A stretch of DNA of 64,000 nucleotides from Candidatus Woesearchaeota archaeon (GCA_018696595.1 JABHQW010000005.1:25721-89720), one strand, 5' to 3'; counted from the first letter of the stretch, positions 1 through 11,316 are shown. The notes: generated by a model from the sequence alone, not told the origin. Made by a program: numbers and translations.

Positions 1-366
1 ACCTATAAATTGGAAATTTTCACAAAAGATATATTTCGCCCACCTCATTATATTAAAGGTTCAAAATTGCAAGTTTTTAGTAACCATTGTAAGTTCTTAA
101 TATTTCTAAACTTTTAGTAAAATGGATGATTTATTTTTTTGAAATGTCTTCAATAGGTTATATTATTTATTGAAAAATATTATAGTTAATATAAACTATT
201 ATTTGGGCCATTTTTTATAAAAATAAATGACTCATTTTAGCTCCAATCAATATTTATAATGTTATATATAACAAAACCTAAAATAATGGTTAGTTTCCTT
301 ACTAGAAAGGCAATTTTAGTGAAAAATTTATTGATTTTAAGTCATTTTGTATGGCAAAACGAGTGG

Positions 367-427
367 GATCTATATTTTTAGATCCAAAAAACCAAAACCT
401 TTATATAAGGATCTACATTTATAGATC
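367..427 (+). promoter_or_regulatory. brxA promoter: BRE/TATA (AAAACC-TTTATATA, TATA 400-407) flanked by two palindromic operators GATCTA-N6-TAGATC (367-384, 410-427)
   Basis: Read directly from the sequence. The ATG at 430 is 22 nt after the TATA box, consistent with a leaderless transcript. Confidence 0.75.
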
Positions 428-429
428 TC

Positions 430-1203
430 ATGAGTTCAAAAAATGTAACTTTGAATGTGGATTCCAGATTATATGACCAATATAGATCATATTGCAGAAA
501 AAATAGAGTATTAGTTTCTCAACAATTTGAAATTATGATGGAAGAAAAGGTTGGTTCTAGTTACAAAAAAGAAAAATCCAAATCTAAAATTATATCTAAT
601 GGAGGTATTAACAAATATGTTGGTTCTTTAACTGGCGAGCCAATTATGATTCATGAGAATAAAATTGTTGCAAACTTATTATTAAAAGACCAATCTCCTA
701 GTTCTATTAAGGAACTTGTTGTTCAAGAAAACTTATTTGGATACAAGACCACTAAAAGTATCCCAAAAAGAGTGAATTCTATCTTAAAGAGAATAGGAAA
801 TCTTGATAATTTATTGCTTAATAAGATTGTTAATGATCTAAGCGGTGATGGAAGAGTTGTAATTTTATATTCTATTTATTTAAGGGATAGATTATTTAAT
901 GAATTATTGAATGAATTGATTATAGAAAAATTTGCTATAAGGGATTTTGAATTTGAAAAGAGAATGATCCAAAAGTTCATTAGCGATAAGTCCGAAGATG
1001 AGAAAAAGATTCAAGAATTTACTAAAGAAACAAAAGATAAGTTAGGAACTGTTATGTTTAATATTTTAAAGGAAGTAGGATTAGTTGTATCACTAGATAA
1101 ATCATACAAATTACATAATTTAATGATTAGTTCTGAGTTGAGAAATTATTATGAAAATAAAGGAGAAACTAAATTTCTAAGAAGTTTGGGTGCATCATTA
1201 TGA
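430..1203 (+). CDS. brxA: BREX protein BrxA (DUF1819-like) with N-terminal ribbon-helix-helix-like extension
   Basis: KYVGSLTGEPIMIHENKIVANLL matches the usual BrxA N-terminus, here starting near residue 62. First gene of the brxABC-pglX-pglZ-brxL order. Confidence 0.85.
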   Translation: MSSKNVTLNVDSRLYDQYRSYCRKNRVLVSQQFEIMMEEKVGSSYKKEKSKSKIISNGGINKYVGSLTGEPIMIHENKIVANLLLKDQSPSSIKELVVQENLFGYKTTKSIPKRVNSILKRIGNLDNLLLNKIVNDLSGDGRVVILYSIYLRDRLFNELLNELIIEKFAIRDFEFEKRMIQKFISDKSEDEKKIQEFTKETKDKLGTVMFNILKEVGLVVSLDKSYKLHNLMISSELRNYYENKGETKFLRSLGASL

Positions 1204-1781
1204 AAATTGAAGAACGACTGGATAAGTTAAATGAAAAGTTACAGGAAACTCGTTTTTTAGAAATGAAAGGTCTTGGAAATGAAGTTCCTTTTTATATATT
1301 TGATTATCCTGCTGAAAAAGAATTGTTAATTAGAGAAACTGTTGCTAAACTTAAAGATTCTTTTTTGAAAAAAGAAATTAATATTCTAGAGATAAATTTA
1401 TATGATTTAGTATTAGGTGTTTTGTTTGAAAGAATTCCTACTGAAAAAATTATTGATTATGAAAAAAAGAAAGGATCAAACGAATTACTAAATAAGCTTC
1501 GACCTATGCTTAAAATAGATCTTGTTAAAGAAAAAATTGCTTCTCTTTTATCTAAAGAAAAATACAATATTATATTTTTAACAGGAATTGGTAATGCTTG
1601 GCCATTAATCAGATCTCATAAAGTACTAAATAATCTACAATCTGTAATTAGTAAAATTCCTTTGGTTGTTTTTTATCCAGGCCACTATACTAAATATGAT
1701 TTAAATTTATTTGGAAAGTTTAAAGATGCTAATTATTACCGTGCATTTAGATTAATAGATTATGCTGAGGAGGAGAATTAA
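1200..1781 (+). CDS. brxB: BREX protein BrxB (DUF1788)
   Basis: GLGNEVPFYIFDYP, GIGNAWPLIRSH, VVFYPG..Y and NYYRAF motifs; ATGA overlap with brxA. Confidence 0.92.
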   Translation: MKIEERLDKLNEKLQETRFLEMKGLGNEVPFYIFDYPAEKELLIRETVAKLKDSFLKKEINILEINLYDLVLGVLFERIPTEKIIDYEKKKGSNELLNKLRPMLKIDLVKEKIASLLSKEKYNIIFLTGIGNAWPLIRSHKVLNNLQSVISKIPLVVFYPGHYTKYDLNLFGKFKDANYYRAFRLIDYAEEEN

Positions 1782-1782
1782 A

Positions 1783-4700
1783 ATGGAAAATTCAATAAAA
1801 ATCAAAGAAATGTTTACAAAAGATATTACACGAGATATTAATGGAGTAATTAAAGTAGATCAAAAGGATGAAAATCATGTTTATACTGAATTAGATGAAT
1901 ATGTAATCACCCAAGAAACTAGAAAATATTTTGATGTGTTCTTTGAGAGATTTATTGAATCAATAGATAGTCCTACTGATAAAATTGGAGTATGGGTTTC
2001 AGGATTTTTTGGATCTGGTAAGTCTCATTTTATCAAAATGATTTCATATCTTCTTGAAAACAAGGAGATCAAAGGTAAAAAACCATTAGAGTTCTTTAAA
2101 GAAAAAATAAATGATCCTCAGATAACTAGTAATATTGAAAAAGCAGTAGGAAAAGGAACAAAAGATGTTATCTTGTTTAACATTGATTCTAAAGCAAACT
2201 CAGCAGGTGCAGGTGCAGAACAAATAGTTAATGTGTTTATGAAAGTATTTAATGAAAAAAGAGGTTATCTTGGTGATGTATTTTGGATTGCGGAGTTAGA
2301 AGAAGATTTAGATTATAAAGGGCTATATGATAAATTTAAAGAAGAGTTCAAAAAAATATCTGGCAACACTTGGGAATCAAAAAGAGAAGCATATGCATTT
2401 GAACAAGATGCAATCATAGAAGCACTTAATAAAATTGATTATCAAAGTAAAGAGTCTTTAGAAAGATTGTTTGAAAGTGATGGAAGTTCTTATTCATTAA
2501 GTGTAGAAAAATTTGCTAATAAAGTTAAGAAATATTGTGATAAAAAAGGAAAGGATCATCAAGTTTTGTTCTTAGTGGATGAAGTTGGACAATATATTGG
2601 AGAAAGTAGCGATTTAATGCTTAATTTACAAACAGTAGTAGAAGATTTAGGAACAAGATTACAAGGAAAGTCGTGGGTTATAGTAACATCTCAGGCAGAC
2701 ATAGATACAATTACTAAAGAACAAGTAAAAGGAGGAGATTTTTCTAAGATTCAGGGAAGGTTTGGAAAACCTTTGAACTTATCAAGTGCTAATGTTGATG
2801 AAGTTATAAAGAAAAGGCTTCTTGAAAAAACTCCAGAAATAAAGAAATCATTAGAATCTTATTATGGGGAGAAAGAAACTATTCTTAAAAATTTAATCTC
2901 TTTTACACAAGGAACTGCTGAAATGAAAAGCTATTCTTCAGCAGAAGGATTTTCTGAAGTATATCCTTTTGTTCCATACCAATTTAATTTATTGCAGAAA
3001 GTATTTGATCAAATAAGAATCACAGGATTTACAGGAAAACACCTTGCAAAAGGTGAGCGTTCTATGTTAAGTGCGTTTAAAGAATCAACTGAAAACTTAG
3101 TTGAGAATTCAATGGGTATATTAGTTCCTTTTTCAGATTTTTACAATTCAATTGAAAGTTTTTTAGATCCAATAATCAAAAGAACTATTGATCATGCAAA
3201 AGCGAATACTAGATTGAATGAGCAAGATATAAAACTATTAGAAACTTTATTCTTAATTAAACATATTAAAGAAATTAAAAGTAATGTAGATAATTTAACT
3301 GTTCTTTCAATTAACAATATTGATGAAGATAAACTTCAATTAAAGAAAAGTATTATTGAAAGTTTAGATAAGCTTAAAGCAGAAACATTAATTCATCAAT
3401 CTGATGATTGTTATTATTTTTTAACAAATGAAGAACAAGAAATTAATAAAGAAATTAAAAATCAAGATGTTGATAGACATTCAGTTAGGGATGATATTTT
3501 TAATATTGTTTATGATGATATCTGTCCTCCAAAATATGGGATATACCAATTTAATAAAATTCTTGATGATAGAACCAAACCAATTCAAAAAGCAGATCTT
3601 ACAATAAAATTTGTGACTCCTCAATATGTAGAACCAATTTATAGTGATCAACAAAACATTGGTGGAAGTAAACAATGTATCATAGATTCAACAGATACTT
3701 TGTTAATTATTTTTCCAGAAAATAGTGAGTTTGTAGAACAAATAAAAGAAAATAGAAAAATTAGCAGTTACTTAGCTCATAAGTACTCTAATAGTCAACC
3801 AGATGTAATTAAAAAAATACTCGATGAGAAAACTGGAGAAAGAGATAAATTAAAAAGTCTTGCAAAAGAAAATATTAGATCTAGATTAGTAGAAGCTGAA
3901 GTTTATATAGATAATACTAAAGTAGATCTTGATTTTAAAGATCCTGCAGACTTTATTAAAGAAGGATTAAAGATCCTAGTAGAAAATGTATATAGGAAAG
4001 CAGGACACATAACCCAGGAGTATGAAACAGAAGATGATCTTAGAAGAATTCTTCAAAACAATGATATGGAAAAATGGGGTATTGGAAATACAACTAATGC
4101 TAATGCAATAAAAGAAGTTTTAGATTATATTAAAGCAAATCATGAACAAAATGTAAAACTTTTATTGGGAGAAATAAAATCAAAATATACAAAGAAACCA
4201 TATGGTTGGAAAGAGATGACTATTGCTGGAATTCTTACTATTCTTTACATAAAAGAAGATATTACAATCAAATATCAACAAGAAGTAGTTAGTTATGATG
4301 TAGATAAAGTAACAAAATATCTGTCAAAAAGAGATTATTCTGATAAAATCCGTATTGGTCTTCGTGAAAAAGCTGGAGAACAAGAGATAAATGAAGTTAA
4401 AAAATTACTTAGAGAATTATTTGAGAAAACAGATATTCCTTCAACTGAAACTGATTTGTATAATTATACAAAAAAAGAAATTGATGAATTACAAGCTTTT
4501 TGTAGTAGTACTTTGAATGAATATTCAATAAATTCATATCCTGGAAAAGAAGCAGTTGATAAACTTGAGAAATACTTAGGTGGTTATAAATTTTTAACTG
4601 AACCTAGTTTATTACTAAAACATCTTGCAGAAACAAAAGATGAATTTAAAGAGCTTCTTGAAGAAGTTAATCCTGTTAAGAATTTCTTTAAAAGTACTCA

Positions 4701-5304
4701 GATTAAGATATTTTCTGAAGGAAGAGAAAAATTAGAAAGATTCGAAAGAAACAAAGTTTATTTGACTGTAAAAGGTAAAACTAACTTTGATGATTTGAAA
4801 AAAATAATTGATCTTCAATCACCATACAAAGAAATTAAAAATATTCCTTTACTAACAAAAGGTATAGAAACTGAATTAAGTTCTGTTGCAAAGGATAAAA
4901 AAACTAATTTGATATCTGCAGTTGATAATTCTGTTAAATTAGTACAAGAAGAATTAAACAAGCACACTAAACTTTCTGAAGACTTTAAGACAGCTATTTT
5001 TACAAGATTAAATGATCTTAAAGGAGTATTGGAAAAATCAGAAGATTGTACTCTAATAGTAAGTCAGAAAACAAGAATTGACGAAACAAAAGGAACCCTA
5101 TTTGAAGAAATAAGTCATGAAGTACAAAGAATTGCAGAAGAAGAAGGGAAGAAAGATACTAGAACAACAAAAAGCATTTCTGGGGGAGAGTTCTTTGGAT
5201 ATCCTAAAACCATTGAAAATGAAGAAGATATTAAAAAATATCTAAAAGAACTAGAAGAAAAACTTAAAGACCTAATTAAAAAGCAAAATCTGAGGGTTTA
5301 CTAA
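1783..5304 (+). CDS. brxC: BREX P-loop ATPase BrxC
   Basis: Walker A WVSGFFGSGKSH, Walker B FLVDEVGQY, ERSML motif. Start moved to ATG 1783 behind the GAGGAGGAG Shine-Dalgarno. Confidence 0.93.
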   Translation: MENSIKIKEMFTKDITRDINGVIKVDQKDENHVYTELDEYVITQETRKYFDVFFERFIESIDSPTDKIGVWVSGFFGSGKSHFIKMISYLLENKEIKGKKPLEFFKEKINDPQITSNIEKAVGKGTKDVILFNIDSKANSAGAGAEQIVNVFMKVFNEKRGYLGDVFWIAELEEDLDYKGLYDKFKEEFKKISGNTWESKREAYAFEQDAIIEALNKIDYQSKESLERLFESDGSSYSLSVEKFANKVKKYCDKKGKDHQVLFLVDEVGQYIGESSDLMLNLQTVVEDLGTRLQGKSWVIVTSQADIDTITKEQVKGGDFSKIQGRFGKPLNLSSANVDEVIKKRLLEKTPEIKKSLESYYGEKETILKNLISFTQGTAEMKSYSSAEGFSEVYPFVPYQFNLLQKVFDQIRITGFTGKHLAKGERSMLSAFKESTENLVENSMGILVPFSDFYNSIESFLDPIIKRTIDHAKANTRLNEQDIKLLETLFLIKHIKEIKSNVDNLTVLSINNIDEDKLQLKKSIIESLDKLKAETLIHQSDDCYYFLTNEEQEINKEIKNQDVDRHSVRDDIFNIVYDDICPPKYGIYQFNKILDDRTKPIQKADLTIKFVTPQYVEPIYSDQQNIGGSKQCIIDSTDTLLIIFPENSEFVEQIKENRKISSYLAHKYSNSQPDVIKKILDEKTGERDKLKSLAKENIRSRLVEAEVYIDNTKVDLDFKDPADFIKEGLKILVENVYRKAGHITQEYETEDDLRRILQNNDMEKWGIGNTTNANAIKEVLDYIKANHEQNVKLLLGEIKSKYTKKPYGWKEMTIAGILTILYIKEDITIKYQQEVVSYDVDKVTKYLSKRDYSDKIRIGLREKAGEQEINEVKKLLRELFEKTDIPSTETDLYNYTKKEIDELQAFCSSTLNEYSINSYPGKEAVDKLEKYLGGYKFLTEPSLLLKHLAETKDEFKELLEEVNPVKNFFKSTQIKIFSEGREKLERFERNKVYLTVKGKTNFDDLKKIIDLQSPYKEIKNIPLLTKGIETELSSVAKDKKTNLISAVDNSVKLVQEELNKHTKLSEDFKTAIFTRLNDLKGVLEKSEDCTLIVSQKTRIDETKGTLFEEISHEVQRIAEEEGKKDTRTTKSISGGEFFGYPKTIENEEDIKKYLKELEEKLKDLIKKQNLRVY

Positions 5305-8300
5305 TGAATAATAAGAAAACTTCATTATTTGCTGATACTTTAAGAGAGAAATTAAGAGCTGAAGTAATTGCAAAAGCTGGCAAATTAGGTTTTACATCAT
5401 CAGGTATAGCTGATGTTAAAGAATATGAAGATTCAATAATTATTAATGGGCAAGTATTTGGAACAGATCTAAAAAAACAAAGAGCAGAATTTAAAGAAGT
5501 TATTCTAAAGAAAGGATATGAAGTTGTTATTGATGAAATTACTTATACTTGGTTTAATAGATTAGTTGCTTTAAAGTTCATGAGTGAAAATGGATATGTT
5601 CCAATTAAAGTATTTAGTAGTTCTATTGAAGGAAATGCTGAACCAGATCTTCTTACAAACTGCCTTGACATAGATTTTATGCAAATAGACAAAAAAAAGT
5701 TATTAGAACTTAAAACTGCTGGAGATGACGAAGAACTCTATAAGTTCTTAATATTATCATTATGTAATCATTTGAATACAATCATGCCTTTCTTGTTTGA
5801 AAAAATAGCTGATTATACAGAACTAATGTTTCCAGAGAAATTATTACGAACAGATTCTATATTAGTGGATATTAATTCAATAATTCCAACAGAAGATTGG
5901 AAAGAAGTAGAAGTAATTGGATGGTTGTATCAAGATTATATTAACCCAAGAAAAGATGAAGTATTTGCAAAACTAAAGAAAAATGTTAAGATTTCAAAAG
6001 AAAATATTCCTGCTGCAACTCAATTGTTTACTCCTAAATGGATTGTTAAATATCTAGTTGAAAACTCAGTTGGCAGATTATGGTTAGAATCAAATCCAAA
6101 TGCTGATTTGCAAAGTAAATTAAAATATTTTATTGATCAAGAATTTGAAGTTCCTTCTGATAAAGTTGTTTCTCCTGAAGAAATAACAGTATTAGATCCT
6201 GCAATGGGATCAGGACACATGCTCGTATATGCATTTGAAGTTTTATTTAATATTTACAAATCTCAAGGATATACTGAATCTGAAATTGCACAAACAATAA
6301 TTAATGAGAACTTGTATGGCCTTGAAATAGATAACAGATCAACACAACTTGCAGGATTTGCAGTAGTAATGAAAGCAAGAGAATATGATAAGGACTTATT
6401 TTCAAAAGAAATTGATCTTAATCTAGTAGCAATACAAGAAACACCATTAGAATGTCCAATAGATGAGAAAAAATATCCAGAACTTTCACATTTATGGAAG
6501 TTTTTTTACGATGCAAAGAACTATGGATCCATCTTGAATGTAGAAGGCTATGATTTCAATAAAATAGATGAAGAATATTTATCTTTTATCAAAAGTTATT
6601 CCTTAACAGCACACTTTGATAGAGAACTAATTGCAGGAATCATTAAACAAGCAAAGATCATGAGTGCAAAGTATGATGTGGTTGTTACAAATCCCCCTTA
6701 TATGGGGACTAAGGGAATGAATATTGATTTAAGAGATTATGCAAAAAAACATTTCCCAAATACTAAATCAGATTTGATGACTATTTTTATGGAAAAAGGA
6801 CTTCTGCTGTGTAATAAACGAGGTTATATGGCCATGATTAATATACCTTCGTGGATGTTTTTATCAAGTTACACATTATTCAGAAAAGAATTACTTTTAA
6901 ATAATTATATTTCATCAATTTTGTTAAATGGAAGGGGTGTTTTTGGATCAGATTTTGGATCTGTAACATTTGTTTTTAAAAAGGAATTAATTAATAAAAA
7001 CAGTATATTTCGAAAATTATATGATAATCCTGTATCTGTAAGAAATAATGAAGTTATCAAATCAATCTTTTTAAATAAAGAGGATAAACGATATATTTTA
7101 AAACAAGAATCTTTTTTAAAAATACCAGGTAATACTTTTGCATTTTGGATTTCTGAAAAAATATTAGATCATTTTGAGAAATGTACCCCCTTAAGAAATG
7201 AATCAGTACCGAGGCAAGGTTTAGCTACAGGCGACAATGATTCTTTTTTAAGATTTTGGCAAGAAATATCTCTAAAAACAATTTCATTTAATTCAAAAGA
7301 TATTAATACCTTTCATAATTCTAATAAAATGTATGCTCCATATAGTAAAGGGGGAGAATTTAGAAAATGGTATGGCAATAATGAATTATTAATTAAATTT
7401 GATAAAAATTCATTTGAAAAATTATCAAATCAAGGAAACAATTTACCTTCAAAACAATATTATTTTAAAGAAGCACTAACTTGGTCATTTATAGGTAGAA
7501 CTGCTCTAGGTGTGAGATATAGAAAAAAAGGATCAGTTTTTGATGTACAAGGTTCTTCAATATTCCCAAAGTCTCAGATGATTTTATACATACTTGGATT
7601 TATGTGCTCTAGATTAGTTAATGAATTTATTTCTATTTTAAATCCTACTATGAGTTTCCAAGTTGGCAACATCGGAGATTTACCAATAATCTTTCCATCT
7701 GATGACGCAATAAAACAAAAGATTGATCAACTAACTCAAGAGAACATCGACATCTCAAAAGAAGAATGGGATTCTCGAGAGACTTCTTGGGATTTTAAGG
7801 TTAACGAATTAATCAAACATAAAGATGAGTCTAATAAGTTAGATGTTGCTTTTAGAAACTATTGTGAGTATTGGAAAGAGAAGTTTTTCAAGCTACACAA
7901 AAATGAGGAAGAACTAAACCAGTTATTCATAGATATTTATGATCTTAATGATGAGCTTGACAATAAAGTTCCTTTAAATGAAATTACTATTCTAAAAGAA
8001 GAGTCTGAGATTAAAGATGATCAATTAGTTTTCAAAAAAGAAGTTATTGTTAAGCAATTCTTGTCATACATTGTTGGTTGTATGTTTGGAAGATATAATC
8101 CTGAAAAAGAAGGGTTAATACTTGCTAATCAAGGAGAAACAATAAGTGATTTTCCAATACAATCTCAGTTTAAACCAGATGATGACAATCTCATCCCAGT
8201 AACAGATAAAGATTATTTCCCTGATGATATTGTTGGAAAAGTAAAAGAGTTCCTAAAAACATATTTCGGAGCAAACAATATTACTGAAAATTTAGATTTT

Positions 8301-8729
8301 ATAGCATCAGGACTCAAGGGATCTGGATCATCTGAAGAAAAGATTAGAAGATACTTCCTAAAAGACTTCTTTAATGATCATAAAAAGACATACAAGAAAA
8401 AACCTATTTACTGGTTGTTTACATCTGGAAAAAATCAAGGTTTTAACACATTAATCTACATGCACAGATACAATAAAGAATTATTGGCAAAAATGAGAAT
8501 GGATTATTTACATGAATTACAAGGTAAGATAGAAGCAAATATTAGCACAATTAGAGATGATGATGCAAGATCACAAAGAGAAAAAGAAGATTTGTCAAGA
8601 CAATATGAAGAGATGAAGAAGTATGATGAATTATTGAATCATAAAGCTTCAGAATATATCGAGATTGATCTAGATGATGGCGTAACAGTTAATCATGCTA
8701 AATTCAAAGATCTTGTGGAGAGTATTTAA
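5304..8729 (+). CDS. pglX: BREX adenine-specific DNA methyltransferase PglX/BrxX
   Basis: IPAATQLFTPKWIVKY, motif I LDPAMGSGHML, motif IV VVTNPPY, C-terminal KKPIYW and IDLDDGVTVNHAKF. Confidence 0.95.
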   Translation: MNNKKTSLFADTLREKLRAEVIAKAGKLGFTSSGIADVKEYEDSIIINGQVFGTDLKKQRAEFKEVILKKGYEVVIDEITYTWFNRLVALKFMSENGYVPIKVFSSSIEGNAEPDLLTNCLDIDFMQIDKKKLLELKTAGDDEELYKFLILSLCNHLNTIMPFLFEKIADYTELMFPEKLLRTDSILVDINSIIPTEDWKEVEVIGWLYQDYINPRKDEVFAKLKKNVKISKENIPAATQLFTPKWIVKYLVENSVGRLWLESNPNADLQSKLKYFIDQEFEVPSDKVVSPEEITVLDPAMGSGHMLVYAFEVLFNIYKSQGYTESEIAQTIINENLYGLEIDNRSTQLAGFAVVMKAREYDKDLFSKEIDLNLVAIQETPLECPIDEKKYPELSHLWKFFYDAKNYGSILNVEGYDFNKIDEEYLSFIKSYSLTAHFDRELIAGIIKQAKIMSAKYDVVVTNPPYMGTKGMNIDLRDYAKKHFPNTKSDLMTIFMEKGLLLCNKRGYMAMINIPSWMFLSSYTLFRKELLLNNYISSILLNGRGVFGSDFGSVTFVFKKELINKNSIFRKLYDNPVSVRNNEVIKSIFLNKEDKRYILKQESFLKIPGNTFAFWISEKILDHFEKCTPLRNESVPRQGLATGDNDSFLRFWQEISLKTISFNSKDINTFHNSNKMYAPYSKGGEFRKWYGNNELLIKFDKNSFEKLSNQGNNLPSKQYYFKEALTWSFIGRTALGVRYRKKGSVFDVQGSSIFPKSQMILYILGFMCSRLVNEFISILNPTMSFQVGNIGDLPIIFPSDDAIKQKIDQLTQENIDISKEEWDSRETSWDFKVNELIKHKDESNKLDVAFRNYCEYWKEKFFKLHKNEEELNQLFIDIYDLNDELDNKVPLNEITILKEESEIKDDQLVFKKEVIVKQFLSYIVGCMFGRYNPEKEGLILANQGETISDFPIQSQFKPDDDNLIPVTDKDYFPDDIVGKVKEFLKTYFGANNITENLDFIASGLKGSGSSEEKIRRYFLKDFFNDHKKTYKKKPIYWLFTSGKNQGFNTLIYMHRYNKELLAKMRMDYLHELQGKIEANISTIRDDDARSQREKEDLSRQYEEMKKYDELLNHKASEYIEIDLDDGVTVNHAKFKDLVESI

Positions 8730-8730
8730 G

Positions 8731-11304
8731 ATGGCAAATGTAGAAAAAACAATAAAAGGATTACTATCTAAATTTAACGCCAGAGAATCTTATGAAACTA
8801 GAAAAATTGTTTTTTGGTATGATACAGATAAAACAGCAAAAGAAGAAGATATCAAAGAAATTCAATCAGAACTAGAAAAACAAGATATTAAAATAGTAAT
8901 CTTAAAAAATAACTTTTTTGAAATAAAAAAGATTATAGAACATGACAATCCAGAATCTAACTTCCTAGTTTATTCTCAAGAAAACGAAAAGAAATATGAA
9001 GAAAATTGGTTATTAGATGTTCAATTATACTCAACAAGGTTTGAAAATAGCCGAGTTGCAGATGTAAAAAGTATTTTTAATATAGATGGATCCAAATTGG
9101 ATAAATTTATTGATGCACATTATAACTTTTTTCAAAGCAAAACAAGAGTTGAGCTATTAATACAACTCTATCATCCCTCATGGGATGAAAGTGATTTTGA
9201 AAAAGGATTATTAGCAGTTATAACAAGAACAAAAGTTCTTGATACAAATAGTATTGTTAGGAATTTATTAATAAAGTCATTAGAAGAACAAGAAAATGAA
9301 TTTTGGTTGGATATTGAAAAGTATAACATTTCTTCTTCGTTTTGGGATTTAGTAAAAAATACTTATGGATATAAATCAGATTATCCAAAGCTATCAAAAT
9401 TATTTTATAGTTTTATAGTAACACATATTGAATATCATACAAAAACAATCCTTAAAGGATATAATTCATATATTAATGAAAGAAAAAATGATTGTGAAGT
9501 ATTTTTAAACAGTTGGATTAGAGATTCTGAAAATCTAAAAGCATATCAAGAATATGCATCTCATTTTGAAGAATCAAATTTTGATGATTTAAGATCTCAA
9601 TTTGATAAAAAGACTAATAAGGATATCTGTGAGGCTGAAGCATTGGAATTCTTTGATAAAGCTTTGATCATAAACATTTCAAATCAGTTGTCTAATAATG
9701 GTCAGAATTATTCATCATATAAAGAATTAATAGAACATAGAAAAGGAAAGGTTTGGTATAAAAATTATAAGCCAGTATATCAAGCATTAGATAGTGCTAT
9801 TTCTTTATTTGAATTTATTTCAGGAGAAAAGATTGATCCTAATTCATTATCTAAATTATATTCCTTATACAAAACTAAATATCATAAAGCAGATTATTAT
9901 TATAGAAAATTCTATGAGCATTTTGATCAATGTAAAAGTGACATACTTAAGAAGAAATTGCGTTCTGAAGTAGAAAAGATATATCATAACAAATTTTTAG
10001 ATAGATTTATTGAAATTTGGACAAATGCAGTAACTTCTGAAAATAAAAAGGATTGGAGTATTGGATCTAATTCAACACAAAATGAGTTTTATGATTTGTA
10101 TGTTAAAAAGTATGCATCTAAAAAAAATAAAGTAGTAATTATAATTTCTGATGCTTTGAGATATGAAGTTGCAAATGAATTAAAAAATAAATTAAATGTC
10201 CAATTAAGGGGGTCAACAGAGATTAAAGACTTAGTTGGAGTAGTTCCTTCTTGTACTAAAATTGGTATGGCTTCATTATTACCTCACAAAACTTTAAACT
10301 ATAATCAAGGAACAGTATCCTGCGATGGTATTAACACTCAAGGAATCAAAAATAGAGAAAAAATACTACAAAACAAGAATAATGATTCAATAGCAATTAA
10401 TTACAAAGAATTAATTAGACTAACACGACAACAAACAAGAGATTTATTTAGAGGAATGAATGTAGTATACATTTATCATAATAAGATTGATGATGTTGGT
10501 GATAATGCTAATTCAGAAAATGAAGTATTTAGTGCATGTAAGAATGCAATTGATGAAATAAAAACTTTAATCAATGATTTAACTAATTCAATTTCATTAG
10601 CAAATATAATTGTAACTGCAGATCATGGGTTTATATATAAGAGAGAAACATTAAAAGATGTAGATAAAGTTGAATTGAACAGATTTAATAGAACAAATAT
10701 TGTTGATTCTTCAAAAAGATATGTTGTTACTAATGAAAATATCGATATGGATAATGTTCATAAATTCTCGTTAGATTATGCAGAAGGAGATCTTTTAGTA
10801 TATGTACCTAAAGGTAATTTGAGATTTAAAACTCAAGGTGCTGGAGTTAACTTTGTTCATGGAGGAATAACTCCTCAAGAAATAACAATTCCTGTCTTAG
10901 TGTATAAACATACTAGATCTGACAAAGATTTAGATAAAAAGAATGTTAAACATGGATATGTGAATGTAACTTTATTAAATACTTCTAGAAAAATAACCAC
11001 TAACATAACTCCAATTAACTTGTATCAAACTGAGAAAGTAACTGAAAAATTAAAACCAATTAAATGCAAAATTTCTTTGATTGATCCAGATACTAAAGAA
11101 AAAGTTAGTGATGAAAAAACATTAATTATTGATAGCGGTTCAGAAAATCCAGATAGAAGAAAATACAATACAAATCTTACACTTAAATCATCTGTTGAAA
11201 ATAAAAAACATCTATTAAGGATATTAAAAGTTGAAGAGGAAAAAGAAGAATTAATTCAATTTGATATAGATTTAGCTATGACAAATGATTTTGATGATTT
11301 TTAG
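8731..11304 (+). CDS. pglZ: BREX phosphatase/nuclease PglZ
   Basis: RKIVFWYD, IISDALRYE, TADHGF and FVHGG motifs. Start set at ATG 8731, just after the pglX stop. Confidence 0.93.
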   Translation: MANVEKTIKGLLSKFNARESYETRKIVFWYDTDKTAKEEDIKEIQSELEKQDIKIVILKNNFFEIKKIIEHDNPESNFLVYSQENEKKYEENWLLDVQLYSTRFENSRVADVKSIFNIDGSKLDKFIDAHYNFFQSKTRVELLIQLYHPSWDESDFEKGLLAVITRTKVLDTNSIVRNLLIKSLEEQENEFWLDIEKYNISSSFWDLVKNTYGYKSDYPKLSKLFYSFIVTHIEYHTKTILKGYNSYINERKNDCEVFLNSWIRDSENLKAYQEYASHFEESNFDDLRSQFDKKTNKDICEAEALEFFDKALIINISNQLSNNGQNYSSYKELIEHRKGKVWYKNYKPVYQALDSAISLFEFISGEKIDPNSLSKLYSLYKTKYHKADYYYRKFYEHFDQCKSDILKKKLRSEVEKIYHNKFLDRFIEIWTNAVTSENKKDWSIGSNSTQNEFYDLYVKKYASKKNKVVIIISDALRYEVANELKNKLNVQLRGSTEIKDLVGVVPSCTKIGMASLLPHKTLNYNQGTVSCDGINTQGIKNREKILQNKNNDSIAINYKELIRLTRQQTRDLFRGMNVVYIYHNKIDDVGDNANSENEVFSACKNAIDEIKTLINDLTNSISLANIIVTADHGFIYKRETLKDVDKVELNRFNRTNIVDSSKRYVVTNENIDMDNVHKFSLDYAEGDLLVYVPKGNLRFKTQGAGVNFVHGGITPQEITIPVLVYKHTRSDKDLDKKNVKHGYVNVTLLNTSRKITTNITPINLYQTEKVTEKLKPIKCKISLIDPDTKEKVSDEKTLIIDSGSENPDRRKYNTNLTLKSSVENKKHLLRILKVEEEKEELIQFDIDLAMTNDFDDF

Positions 11305-11316
11305 GAGGGTAAAAAA

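Noticed and set aside
1-429. Second att site for the island
   Set aside because: No copy of the tRNA-Gln 3' end (TAGCCCCACGCGG on +) was found here; the boundary is probably outside the window.
5304-8729. Phase-variable or duplicated pglX
   Set aside because: Single intact ORF; no partial copies, inverted repeats or obvious long slippage tract were noticed.
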